DNA from: Botryllus schlosseri
Lineage: Eukaryota
DNA: 64,000 nt
Assembly: GCA_051294905.1 (NCBI GenBank)
Contig: CM119378.1
Location: 1,552,001 to 1,616,000, forward strand
Direction: 5' to 3'
A model generated the notes under the pieces. It saw only the letters and a program-made list of their open reading frames with translations, was not told the DNA's origin and did not search any database. The position numbers were made by a program, and so were the translations under genes. Shown in pieces: positions 50,237-62,926 of the stretch (position 1 is the stretch's first letter; each line of letters starts with the position of its first letter).

Positions 50237-52420
50237 AGTAGTATATACGATCGCTCGCATGACGCAATGGGTTTCTTATGGGCCCGCTCGCACATCGTAT
50301 TGAAAACTCGTGTTGGCATATCGTACTTTTGGACCCCCCCTATCGCTCGCACATCGTAATGTGTTCTTATGGGTGCGCTCGCACATCGTACTTTCAAGTA
50401 TAGGCTGCGGCGGTGACTCGTATTGAAAACTCGTGTTGGCATATCGTACTTTCGGGTGTAGGCATCTCTCGCACATCGTACTTTCGCATGTCGTACTTTC
50501 GCGTATAGGCTGTGTTGGTGATTCGCCATGTGTTCTTATGGGTGCGGTCGTGATGCGCACTTTCAACCATCTCTCGCGCGGTGTTGAATATGTATGAGTC
50601 ACCAACAATAACCGCACAAACGGAAACGTGGCTTGTTGTGAGGATTAAGCAGTGCGACCTATATTTCGAATGACCTGCGCGCTGAATTGTTTCCGTGCAG
50701 CTGTGTGCTACTATCGATTATTACACTAGGTCAGTCAGTGCGAAATAGTTTGCTAAATCTAGGAATCACTTCCAAGGTAATATTTTGGTAATTAGTTTAC
50801 TGCAGAGCCGGCGTAGACGGTGATTCGAATATCAACAATAACCGCGTTCACAAACTAACACTTCAAAAATGTGTGAAATAGTTTGCAAAACCCCGCGATC
50901 GCTGACAAGATAATGTCTCGGACATAACCATCTTTCGCGACTTGGTGTTACAGGCATATCGATCGCTCACGCGGTGAAATATTCGTGAGCATCACTCGCA
51001 GAATTATATTTTGGTAATTATTTTGTCACAGAGCCGGCGTAGACGACGATTCCAACACCAACAATAACCGTGCACACAAACTAACACTTCAAAAAAGGTG
51101 TGAAATATTTGTAAAATGCTAAGATCACTCACAAGATAATGTCCCAGACATAACCATCATTCGTGACTTGATGTTACATACATACCAATCGCTCACAAGG
51201 TAATATTTTGATAGTTTGGTACGGAACTTGATTTCACTCGTAAGATTTAACAAGTAACGAATAACAGACCGCCAGTGTCGGTAACTTGAATAGCGACAAA
51301 TTGTTACTTATTTCCGCTCTAACCCTAATCCTTTGCGAAGTGAACGCTTATTCAAAAGGGTGTGATATAATTTTAAAATCCAACGACCACTCACCGGATA
51401 ATGCTTCAGACATAGCAATCCCTCATACCCGCTCACAAGGTAATATTTCGGTAATTAGTTTGTCCCAGAACCGCCGCAGACGGTGATTCGAAAACCAACA
51501 ATTTGTCACTTGCCCGCGATCGCTATATGTTTCACGCCTCTCGAATAGTGGCTGACTTTAGTTGCGTGATAAGATCCATGAAAATATTCAATCAATGTGT
51601 TAGTTTGTCAACTTGAAATGTAACTCACTACACAAATCAAGTTGAATCGTATTTGAATGTATTGATTCGACCCAACTCAAATCCTTTGACAAATCCTATT
51701 AACGCGATCTGTTGAATCGAACGTAACCTGAATATTACTGACGCCAACATTCACCCGCATCGGATCATTCACACATTCCGCTGTTTTAACACTTATAGAA
51801 TCAATACCAACTATCTCTAACCCGATAATATTCAATCATTTTGGTAATTTGCCAACTTTAAATCCATTCGCGGGATGTACTAAAGGTAAATCCAAATAAT
51901 CCAGAATGAAATATTTGGACTTTGACATTGCGCGAATTGAAATAGGTTTGACAAACATGACTACCAACTTTCACCCAGTCACATTTCAAGATTATACTTT
52001 GAAACAATCCTTGAAACTGACAACTCTATTCATGACTCCGTTTCCGTTTGTAAAATAGAGTTTCAGAAATACTATCGCGATATTTTAATGTGTTACTACA
52101 CACAATCGAATCAGTCAATGAAATACCACCTGTTGTAAATATTTCTAACTTGACAACCACTTGTGCATACCGTGATCAAGTTGCGACGCGATGAGTTAAA
52201 TCGGGATATATCAATCTATTTGTCGAAACCTTGAACAAACTATCAGGTTATTTTTTGTTGTAATCGAGTGAACGGAAATAGTATTACGTCTCAACATTTT
52301 AACATCTTCCCATACACAAAAGAGTAAAATACAAAAAAAAAACTTGTCAAGTCAATCCGTTTGTAACTTACCCAACCAAAGCAAAAAGTATCCTTATGAA
52401 AAGTAGACAAGACTACGTGA
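50237..52420 (+). repeat. Left terminal inverted repeat (2184 bp)
   Basis: Reverse complement of 54268-56451. Mirror ORFs 50276-50617/56071-56412 and 51286-51486/55202-55402 are identical, and all coordinate pairs sum to 106688 (no net indel). Confidence 0.95.
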
Positions 52421-54267
52421 GTAATCACCACAATCCAAAATCCAGAGCAAGTTCGGTTGCATTCATAGTCCACCAACTCGTATTTTTATTCCACTTTAAA
52501 AGTCGTTACTATTCCGCAAGACAAAGAAATTACTATGTGGTATATTTTGTAAGACAAAAGTAATTACTTCTCAGTGTCGGCGACTTGAGATTAACATAAT
52601 ATGTTTGAGTATACGAGATTTGACAGTCTGACCATCGTAGTTGAGAATTCATTTCTTACAATCGAACACAGGTGTTATATCAAAAGTGATCATACTGTAA
52701 ACATAAGGATTGACGCATTGATTTGACGTATGTAATAGTTGATCACGACTTGATTATTAAATTATTCGCGTTAATTAGACCCGCGTTGTGTTGAAAGTTA
52801 TGACAGTAACAAACTTTTCGGAAACGTTGTTATTAACATATTGATTTGTAAAACTATACTTGTCTGAAATGTTCTTGATTTGGAAGATATTCCGTGTTGG
52901 TACAAATCACTCTGCGTATTGTGGATATCAGAAAATATTTTACAAATGTAATTGTTTCAGTACCCAAGACTAAAGATGAAACAACAATTTCGTTTGCTGA
53001 TTAACAACCGGTGCAATACTTTATCATCATATTCCGCGGTGAGAATTGAAACACTTTCGCGCATTACCCGGTGTCAAGATATCACACTAGGTGAATTGAC
53101 ATACCGCCGCTTGAATAATACCTAATCCGTTCGCACCATTTCACATACTTTGATCATTACAAAAGTAAATTGTGATATGTTTGTTAGATGCATCCAATTC
53201 AGTTAGAAATTTCTGGTGCACAACAATCGTAATATCAAAAAAGTACTTGCTACACTGTTATTTGCTAAACGTGTTTTGCATTGTTGTTCATTTGTAGTAT
53301 TGATTGAAATTGTTCTTGAACCCTCAAATAATAATTCCTGACATTAAACCAAGCCGCTGAAAGTCGTTACCATCACGAAGATACAATGTGTACGATGTTT
53401 GTCAAATGTGTCCTACCTGGCCAACAGAAAACAATTTTTACTCACTCGAAATGAAACCAATGTGATGGTCTCCATTCGATATTTTGTTTGTATCAAATTC
53501 TTTGCAATGAACACATTTGCGTGGTTGAGCTTTACATCATCAAGCTGTTATTTGTAAATCAAGATTTCGGTAAACTTGTAAATGTATCGTTTAACTAACC
53601 GACATTTAGTGATTGGGGAACATACCAGACGATACACATCCATCTCCGAAATACTGCATTGATCTTAATATCCATCATCGTGATAATCGAAGTACATTTC
53701 TTTCGAATTCGTAACAACCGACTACGACATGATAAATTTTTGACAAGTTATGCTTAGAAGATTGGTTGCATATCGCGAAAAAAATAATATACCACTCACA
53801 TTGATACTGTTACTCCATCGATCGATATTTTCAAACGAGTAAAATTTATTACTTGAGTTTCCCCGCTTAATGTAAATGAAAACTCAGCCGTCTTTTAACA
53901 TCACAAAGACGGTGTGGGTGTGATGACATTCGATCTACATCAAAACTACCGGCTATGATAATGTCTGTGGATCGATGTTTGTATACCAGCACATTGCATG
54001 CAATGTCACACACCTCCATTTACGCGTATACTGATATGGGCAAACAAGCGCGACGTATGTCTGGATGGTATTTTTTCGTGGAAACACAGGGTGTAACATG
54101 TTTACTTTGAATATTGTTCATTGGTTTATCGATTCAGAGTTGATATCCGGATCCGGTTACATACTTTATCAGGGTTTCCGATTTCACACTGAATGTCGAG
54201 ACATACATGACCAATAAAGACACAATATAGTAAACACGCGGGGGAAAACTCGACCTGGAATTTGTTA

Positions 54268-56451
54268 TCACGTAGTCTTGTCTACTTTTCATAAGGATAC
54301 TTTTTGCTTTGGTTGGGTAAGTTACAAACGGATTGACTTGACAAGTTTTTTTTTTGTATTTTACTCTTTTGTGTATGGGAAGATGTTAAAATGTTGAGAC
54401 GTAATACTATTTCCGTTCACTCGATTACAACAAAAAATAACCTGATAGTTTGTTCAAGGTTTCGACAAATAGATTGATATATCCCGATTTAACTCATCGC
54501 GTCGCAACTTGATCACGGTATGCACAAGTGGTTGTCAAGTTAGAAATATTTACAACAGGTGGTATTTCATTGACTGATTCGATTGTGTGTAGTAACACAT
54601 TAAAATATCGCGATAGTATTTCTGAAACTCTATTTTACAAACGGAAACGGAGTCATGAATAGAGTTGTCAGTTTCAAGGATTGTTTCAAAGTATAATCTT
54701 GAAATGTGACTGGGTGAAAGTTGGTAGTCATGTTTGTCAAACCTATTTCAATTCGCGCAATGTCAAAGTCCAAATATTTCATTCTGGATTATTTGGATTT
54801 ACCTTTAGTACATCCCGCGAATGGATTTAAAGTTGGCAAATTACCAAAATGATTGAATATTATCGGGTTAGAGATAGTTGGTATTGATTCTATAAGTGTT
54901 AAAACAGCGGAATGTGTGAATGATCCGATGCGGGTGAATGTTGGCGTCAGTAATATTCAGGTTACGTTCGATTCAACAGATCGCGTTAATAGGATTTGTC
55001 AAAGGATTTGAGTTGGGTCGAATCAATACATTCAAATACGATTCAACTTGATTTGTGTAGTGAGTTACATTTCAAGTTGACAAACTAACACATTGATTGA
55101 ATATTTTCATGGATCTTATCACGCAACTAAAGTCAGCCACTATTCGAGAGGCGTGAAACATATAGCGATCGCGGGCAAGTGACAAATTGTTGGTTTTCGA
55201 ATCACCGTCTGCGGCGGTTCTGGGACAAACTAATTACCGAAATATTACCTTGTGAGCGGGTATGAGGGATTGCTATGTCTGAAGCATTATCCGGTGAGTG
55301 GTCGTTGGATTTTAAAATTATATCACACCCTTTTGAATAAGCGTTCACTTCGCAAAGGATTAGGGTTAGAGCGGAAATAAGTAACAATTTGTCGCTATTC
55401 AAGTTACCGACACTGGCGGTCTGTTATTCGTTACTTGTTAAATCTTACGAGTGAAATCAAGTTCCGTACCAAACTATCAAAATATTACCTTGTGAGCGAT
55501 TGGTATGTATGTAACATCAAGTCACGAATGATGGTTATGTCTGGGACATTATCTTGTGAGTGATCTTAGCATTTTACAAATATTTCACACCTTTTTTGAA
55601 GTGTTAGTTTGTGTGCACGGTTATTGTTGGTGTTGGAATCGTCGTCTACGCCGGCTCTGTGACAAAATAATTACCAAAATATAATTCTGCGAGTGATGCT
55701 CACGAATATTTCACCGCGTGAGCGATCGATATGCCTGTAACACCAAGTCGCGAAAGATGGTTATGTCCGAGACATTATCTTGTCAGCGATCGCGGGGTTT
55801 TGCAAACTATTTCACACATTTTTGAAGTGTTAGTTTGTGAACGCGGTTATTGTTGATATTCGAATCACCGTCTACGCCGGCTCTGCAGTAAACTAATTAC
55901 CAAAATATTACCTTGGAAGTGATTCCTAGATTTAGCAAACTATTTCGCACTGACTGACCTAGTGTAATAATCGATAGTAGCACACAGCTGCACGGAAACA
56001 ATTCAGCGCGCAGGTCATTCGAAATATAGGTCGCACTGCTTAATCCTCACAACAAGCCACGTTTCCGTTTGTGCGGTTATTGTTGGTGACTCATACATAT
56101 TCAACACCGCGCGAGAGATGGTTGAAAGTGCGCATCACGACCGCACCCATAAGAACACATGGCGAATCACCAACACAGCCTATACGCGAAAGTACGACAT
56201 GCGAAAGTACGATGTGCGAGAGATGCCTACACCCGAAAGTACGATATGCCAACACGAGTTTTCAATACGAGTCACCGCCGCAGCCTATACTTGAAAGTAC
56301 GATGTGCGAGCGCACCCATAAGAACACATTACGATGTGCGAGCGATAGGGGGGGTCCAAAAGTACGATATGCCAACACGAGTTTTCAATACGATGTGCGA
56401 GCGGGCCCATAAGAAACCCATTGCGTCATGCGAGCGATCGTATATACTACT
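54268..56451 (-). repeat. Right terminal inverted repeat (2184 bp)
   Basis: Mirror of 50237-52420. Inner boundary at gactacgtga|g versus a|tcacgtagtc. Confidence 0.95.
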
Positions 56452-57355
56452 GATGATGGCAACATAATTGCACATCGTAAAGTTCATGTCGCACGGATAA
56501 GACTTATGAGCCTGTATGCCAGTCCGCCCCATCAGGTTGCACATCTGGTGGATTTCAACCCTCTGTGGTCGCGATTTCCAATTTGAAAATGTTTCGTGGC
56601 CCAGTGCCTTTGCATAGACTTACTAACGACATATTTTGGGAGCCGATTACGTTCAACATCCTCAGAACCTCGGAATAAAGGCAAGCGACCAGGTTTAGAA
56701 CCACTATCTTTGACTAAAGCATCTAAATGGCCTTAACTAACCCTACAAATATACCAATCTTCTATAATTGCGATTACAATTAGACTTATTTCAGTATAAA
56801 TGATGGTTATTTTTATTTATTTTTGATCCAATTTCTTTGCGAGGGTGGGCGTCACAATAAAAAATTTCAGAAAAATTTCAATGAAAAATTTCAAAAATTT
56901 CATTTCAATCTGCTCAAAATATTATCTTTTATGTTGATTTACGAAATTTTTTCATCCTATTTTAGCCTTCCAAATTCCGGACAATTAGGCATATTTCCTC
57001 CCGGACGCAGTTTCAACAGTGAAATTCCGGACGTATAGCAACCCTACTTTAGTTTAACAATTCAACATTTAGTCGATGGTGGCAAGTATTTATGACACTG
57101 ATAAATTATAGATTACCAATCTACACGGTTAGTAATCTAGTGATAAGTTCTCCATGATCCAGACATCGAAATATGTGTTTGCACAAGTCGTCGCGAAATC
57201 TTCGACTATAGCTGAGCACACTGAGTTCACGACGCGACGACGACAGGGGAATCACCCTGTCGTACACTATTCTTGCTAAATCATGACCTAGTGCACATTG
57301 ATCTAACTGAATGTCTTTCCTTCCATCACAACGCCATACTTCCCGTTTACAAATG

Positions 57356-57361
57356 TTTATT
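57356..57361 (-). promoter_or_regulatory. Candidate polyadenylation signal of CCT2
   Basis: AATAAA on the minus strand ~100 nt downstream of the CCT2 stop codon. Confidence 0.4.
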
Positions 57362-57463
57362 CAAACCAATTAAAATAATGCATGCGCGACACAGAAACAC
57401 ACAGACTGCTTTTCAAGACGCGGCACAGACTTTGTCTTCGCTCATTTACGGCAAGCGGCGTCA

Positions 57464-58309
57464 TCAGTGCGGGTGGTCCGAGCGTCTTTGTCTGCAAGGT
57501 TTTGAATCAAGTCACTGACAACTAAAACGAATTGTCAGGGCCAGGCAAAACCGAGTCAAATGGGTTTCGAGTCGAGCATGAATTGTTATGATTCAATATG
57601 ATTGAGAGACAATTTTACCGAGTACTAAAACCCCATTAACTAAGAGTTATACTATTAACAACAAATATTGTTGTTATACTTTCCAATATAGTAGCCTTGA
57701 AATCATAATTGGTCGTATCACAGCATGAAAAACTTGGAACTGACAACCGAAAAAAAAACGCGTCAGTGTGTGGAGCAGAGATCAGATAAATTTTAAAACC
57801 TGAAAATGGAAGAGAAAATTTTCAGCTGTTGATACAAATTGGATTTAAAGTAGAATGATAGCGACAGTTTTTCCATATTAGATTAAAATTAAACACTTGG
57901 AAATTGAATGGAATGCTGCATTAGCAAGAAATACAACAAAAACCATATTCTTCATATCAAACCAGAGTTCATTCTTATAAAACACGAGAATGGCGAATGT
58001 CTGTACACTTGGATTTTGGCTTGTTTCCCACTATACAGTTCTCATTTTGCAGTAATTAGATTAGAATCAAAATTGGAGCACAGAAAACATTTCACAAATT
58101 AGATTACCGGCTGACCTAGTTGACAAAGTTTGGCTGCACCACTATCCCCTACCCATTCTCAATTTACCTGGGAGCAGCCCTGATGATGTCATCCACTCTC
58201 AAGATCATATCCGCGGCTTCCGACGCGCTCATCATAACTTGACGTTTGACTTGAAACGATTCGGTGATGCCCAGCTCGGCGACATCTCCCACGCAGCCCT
58301 GGCTCATGT
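57464..58309 (-). CDS. CCT2: T-complex protein 1 subunit beta (chaperonin CCT-beta), last two coding exons
   Basis: Exon 58309-58168 encodes [47 protein letters not shown] (ag|gtaaat). Exon 57491-57464 encodes RQRRSDHPH*. Both match the conserved CCT2 C-terminus ([29 protein letters not shown]). Not in the ORF track; upstream exons not found in the window. Confidence 0.92.
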
Positions 58310-59732
58310 CTGACAAACAACGAATTGCAGTGAATGGCAACAGAGTTATTTACACCACCAGACTTGTGCAAACTTCCAATCTGGTTAATTGACGGTAAAA
58401 TGACAACTGGTTTTAGTAGCTCTAGTTCTGGATTTTGAAAAGTGGGTCGTTCTAGTTGCGCAATTTAAAAAAATAGTTACCGAACAACTAGAAAACATGT
58501 GTTGTCGTTCAGCAGGAATCCTGTGATGTAATTCTTGCAAACATTGCTTGCTCAGAGTCATCACTACTGACAGTGGCATATACAGAAGATAAGTCATAAT
58601 AGGTGTCGGAATCCCTCCTAATTCAAACTAGAAACCCTGTCCCTTTGAAATGCAGATTCTGTGTCCAACATTTCTTTGGTCAGTTGCAATTTGCAATTCA
58701 GTGATTCATATTATCAGCACTGCCATTTTACTAGAGTTAGTTCTAGTTGCGCGTTTTCAAATGCGAGTAGTTCTAGCCGTGCATTTTTAACGAGTAGTTC
58801 TAGTTGTAGCCGCGCATTGTGTAAATCCACCATAAGTCTGAAATTGGAGGGGGGGCGAGCTCGAAGGGGGCCCAAACTTATTTCGTGAATTAACATAAAT
58901 TACAGAGTATTTTTTTATAATTTATGCAACTTTTAAAAAAACGCGATTTCAAGGTGCCAAATATCATGATTATTGGTACTCTTCCCCCAAGAAAAGAACA
59001 CGCAAGATTTTGAGAAATGGACATTGTAATATAGTTCAATGTATTTAAAACGTTTCCGTAAAAACCGCACAACCAGTCCTCTCGCCTCACAATCACACTT
59101 CCCCTTGATCTAAAGATCACAAGGGGAACCAACACATAACGCAACGATGTAACTTCCAACGTGAAAATCAGGTGAACAATTCTAAAACAGTGTATACATG
59201 AAACGGCAAACTTCCCCTTGGTCTGAAAATCGCACGGGAAGCCAAGTCAACGTGATAAGTGTGGAAACGGAAAAAACTGATACGCAGTGTACACATATCA
59301 ATACATCAAAATGAAAGTTAAATTTCGATATATGCCTGTGATCTATTGACGGGGACGGGGAGTCATTTGGTCCTCGTACCCCCGTGATCTACTGATCACT
59401 GAACCAAATTCAAAGCTTTTGAGTGTAACCCCGCAGTGAGCCTACATAAGACTGTCTGGCCAATGGGCTAATTCGGAATAAATTAACACGAGTCGTTTGC
59501 TATTAGAAGCACACAAAGTGGATCCCACAACTACAACATACTGGCGTACAAGAAGCGAAAAACTGCGGCGTAGATGTGCCTCAAACGACGGACGAAAGCG
59601 ATGATAACTGGAATTTGTAGCATACAGAATTCGTACTTGAAGGCTAAAACTTGCAAGGTATATGCAATCATCACAAGGCATAAGCATTACGCGCGAACAA
59701 ATCGAAATTTAAAAAAATCACTTATTCTTAGT

Positions 59733-62700
59733 CAGTGGCGGCTCGTGACAATATCGGGTGGTGGGGCAAGGGCTGCGAGCGACTTTTATTAACATGACGT
59801 CACAATGGCGTTTTCCAACGTAAAAAAGTAACTTTAATATGATGGTCACATGAATTTCCCGACAACAGTGATTTTAACGTAGGTGCCGCGAGAGGTTTGC
59901 CGGTGAGCCGTGACTTCAAGTGTGGTAACAAATGTTTTATTCATTTTTTTAATCAAAGGATTATTTTACATAATGTACGTGAACTAAGAATCGTCCCTAT
60001 GCCACGAATAAATTATCAGGTCATACTTAGTAGCATGCGTTATGATTTCATGGTATAGTTAGAGATTACGCAAATCGATAGCAGTGGCGGCTCGTGACAA
60101 TATCGGGTGGTGGGGCAAGGGCCGCAAGCGACTTGTTATCAATATGACGTCACAGTAGCGTTTTTCAACGTTCATGATGGCCACATGAATTTCCCGTAAA
60201 CAATGATTTTTAACGTAGGTGCCGCGAGAGGTTTGCCGGTGGCGTGACTTGAAGTGCGGTAACAAATGTTTTATTCATTGTTTTTTATTCAAATTATTAT
60301 TTTACAAAATGTACGCGAACTAAGAATCGTTCCCATGCCACGAATCAATCATCAGGTTATCCTTAGTAGCATGCGTTATGATTTCGTGGTAGAGATTACG
60401 CAAGCGCCGAGTAAGACTATACCAAAAATACACAGACCAACTACCTACAAAGAGCAGGTTTGCGCAATAAGTTTCGACTCAACTGAATAGGGCTGTAATG
60501 TTTTTTTTAATACGTAAGAAATTCCGACAGCAGTGCGATCGTCAACAGCCACAAAGCTGTGGAATCGTTCGACTGGCATACCAAATTTCGTGAACCGAAA
60601 AATCACGACTAGTTGTGACAAACACGTAATGTCAGTTGTTTCGTCAGACTGAATAGATAGAAATTCAGCGTCAACAATCTCGGTAAACAAATGCTGTAGA
60701 TAGATGTGATATATCGAATCAAGCACATCATTTTGAATAGTCTTTGAGGTACCCTTAGCTACTGTCGCGGTGTCGAGATGTTCGCGCAAAATGCTATCAA
60801 TGGAAGTCGTGTATTTAATTAGATCCAAAAATACCCCCCTATTGAGAGAGCATTCCTTCTCATCGTGGCCTCGAAGGGGCAATTCATGAACTCCAATAAA
60901 TTTAATGGCATCAATCACCCGAGAGAGAACATGCCTATTCTTATCTACAAGCTCATTGTGCTTGCAGACTGATACGCGATAACTTTCATTGAGCTGCGAC
61001 ATTACATTTACTCTGCCAAACAATTTATATTTAACTGCACTAGCCATGTGCACTTGGGATTTTTGGTGCGTTTTCAGACGCTCTGACAAATGCTTCAGAT
61101 CGCGATAACCAATTTTGTTCCAACAAGAGCCACTGCTTCCGGTACCGGCACTGTCGAATAAAAGACAGTAAAAGTAAAACAAGGCGTTTTTATCCTCGCC
61201 ATAAGTAAGCCATTCATTTTTATCGAAATGCGCTGAAGAAAAGGCACGAGTGCGCTTTCCTCCGGCGTACGATTGGATCAATGGGCAATTTCTAGGCTGA
61301 TACGGACCTAGTCGCTTTACCTCTAATTTTTGCTCTAAAGGCAGCTGGCTAAACGGCGTACGGAGCAAAGATTCAACACGATTCATGTTCGCACTTGACC
61401 TGACTACTTATCTGCAGAAATGGAAATGACTATAAATCGAGAGATTGCGTATGCCTAACTGAAAAGGTCAACGAGTTCGGACACATACGCAATTGTTATC
61501 TCATAGATTGGACAAGGAAATGTCATATTGAATCCAAAACATCATTCTGAAGAACTACGGATAGCAGCCTCGGAAATTCGGTCCCGGTACAGCTTGGGAG
61601 ATTCTGGCCTTGAGGCTGGAGACTGTCACACGACACATACGGCTTAAGGTCTATAGTGTCTATATGTCTGCTGCAAAATCGCCTACGGAAAATATATTAC
61701 CGAATAAATACGTGGATGAAAGCCGAAAACTTGGTACACTGCTACATGAAATCATCGAGAAGTATAGCCTCACGACCGTTTTCGGTATGGTACACTGTCA
61801 AAATTAATACGAACAGATCAACGCCGAATTTTGCGTAATATTTACTGAGGAATCGGCTGATCAAGCGATCAGCTGTTAGCCGCCATCGAAAACGAAACAG
61901 CTATCGCGCTTGACAGGGGTTGTAATTGTGAGCAAATGGCCCGAAGGCCACCATTCCACGGTGGAATTGACATTGGAGAATATAAAATAAAACTAAATAT
62001 TTGAATGCAAACCGAGGATGTTAGTAAACTGTTTCATGATATCATCATCTCATCACCTATCTCAGTATGGAACACAGATACACCGGCTTTTGCGTGAAAT
62101 CCGCAATGCGTTAGGTAGGCTAAGTGTCAGATCAGCGCACATCTCTACCATACTCGAACTTAATAACGAAATTGCTGCCCTAATCATTGAGTGTCAACCT
62201 TGAGACTTGGCACAGCGTTCGATACTAAAATCAAGACATACCATGTAAAAGTTCATGACGGATCTAGCTAAGGAGCATCGTTAAAATCAATGGAGACCAA
62301 TACCGGCTTTGCGTGAAATATGTTTGCGATACATGACCGATCAGCACACACTCGACTTTGGAAACGGAATTACTACCCTAAACTTTGAGTAGAAACCCTG
62401 AAACTTAGGACAGTGTTAAATACAACCATCACGACATGACATACAAAGTTTCAAGAATTATCATGTTGTGAAACACCATCAAAATCGACCTGTACCAGCA
62501 ACGGTCGACTCAACGCATATCACGGTATCCGAGTTCAGATATAGATACGATTGTTACATCACACCATAGGGGCGAGCAAGCATATTTGCCCCGGTTGCTC
62601 GGCCATTTTACGGATAGGAGAGAGTAAAGCAACGTTTCTTAAGTGTGCGCAGCTTTGAGAGAATAGATAGTGAAAGCTTGTTATGAGCGCTACCGGGGCA

Positions 62701-62926
62701 AGCCCCGGCTAGGCATTCACAAAGCGAAAACAGAGAAGAGAATTCGATTTTCGCGGAGACTTCGCTATGTATGGGCATTTGCCAGCGAAAGCACAAGAAG
62801 AACGCGGGTTTCGCTGTGATCTCGATATATATTGAGCGCTGTGCGTCTATCAATGGTTAAATTGTTATTGAACAGAATTTTAGGTGGGGCAATGCCCCAG
62901 TTGCCTTATAGGACGAGCCGCCACTG
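59733..62926 (-). mobile_element. Internally deleted hAT transposon (ZMYM1/DUF4371-type) with duplicated 3' end
   Basis: 14-bp TIR cagtggcggctcgt at 59733 and 60082, and acgagccgccactg ending at 62926. 59733-60073 duplicates 60082-60403. No clean TSD. Confidence 0.8.
60445..61386 (-). CDS. Truncated hAT transposase (TTF-type zinc finger + DUF4371; ZMYM1-like)
   Basis: WLTY..NALFYFYCLLF, HQKSQVH, LPLRGHDE, NRGVFLDL, SKTIQND, SIQSDETTD, QLVVIFRF, ERF. Stops at KLIAQT, just before the YDGA motif carrying the second catalytic Asp. Confidence 0.85.
   Translation of the reverse strand: MNRVESLLRTPFSQLPLEQKLEVKRLGPYQPRNCPLIQSYAGGKRTRAFSSAHFDKNEWLTYGEDKNALFYFYCLLFDSAGTGSSGSCWNKIGYRDLKHLSERLKTHQKSQVHMASAVKYKLFGRVNVMSQLNESYRVSVCKHNELVDKNRHVLSRVIDAIKFIGVHELPLRGHDEKECSLNRGVFLDLIKYTTSIDSILREHLDTATVAKGTSKTIQNDVLDSIYHIYLQHLFTEIVDAEFLSIQSDETTDITCLSQLVVIFRFTKFGMPVERFHSFVAVDDRTAVGISYVLKKTLQPYSVESKLIAQTCSL

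Larger units (their letters stand above)
50237..56451. mobile_element. Non-autonomous Polinton/Maverick-type element (6215 bp)
   Basis: Termini AGTAGT...ACTACT; 6-bp TSD gatgat (50231-50236, 56452-56457); 2184-bp inverted repeats; no recognisable protein-coding ORF. Confidence 0.8.
49660..57046. mobile_element. hAT (Blackjack-like) non-autonomous element expanded by nested insertions
   Basis: TIR tagggttaccata / tatagcaacccta; exact 8-bp TSD ctttagtt (49652-49659, 57047-57054); tccggac subterminal motifs. Confidence 0.85.

Noticed and set aside
50101..51486. Mirror ORFs of 66-142 aa in both TIR arms
   Set aside because: Low-complexity translations of tandem TIR motifs. Their identity reflects the inverted repeat, not coding constraint.
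53944..54110. Short frame ...HTSIYAYTDMGKQ... faintly like a Polinton structural-protein motif (LYVYxD)
   Set aside because: Too short and weak to support. It would need a profile search of all six frames of the spacer.
50237..56451. Assembly fold-back artefact as the explanation of the large inverted repeat
   Set aside because: Unique spacer, defined AGTAGT termini, 6-bp TSD, an empty-site paralogue and an enclosing element with a matching TSD all argue for a real insertion.
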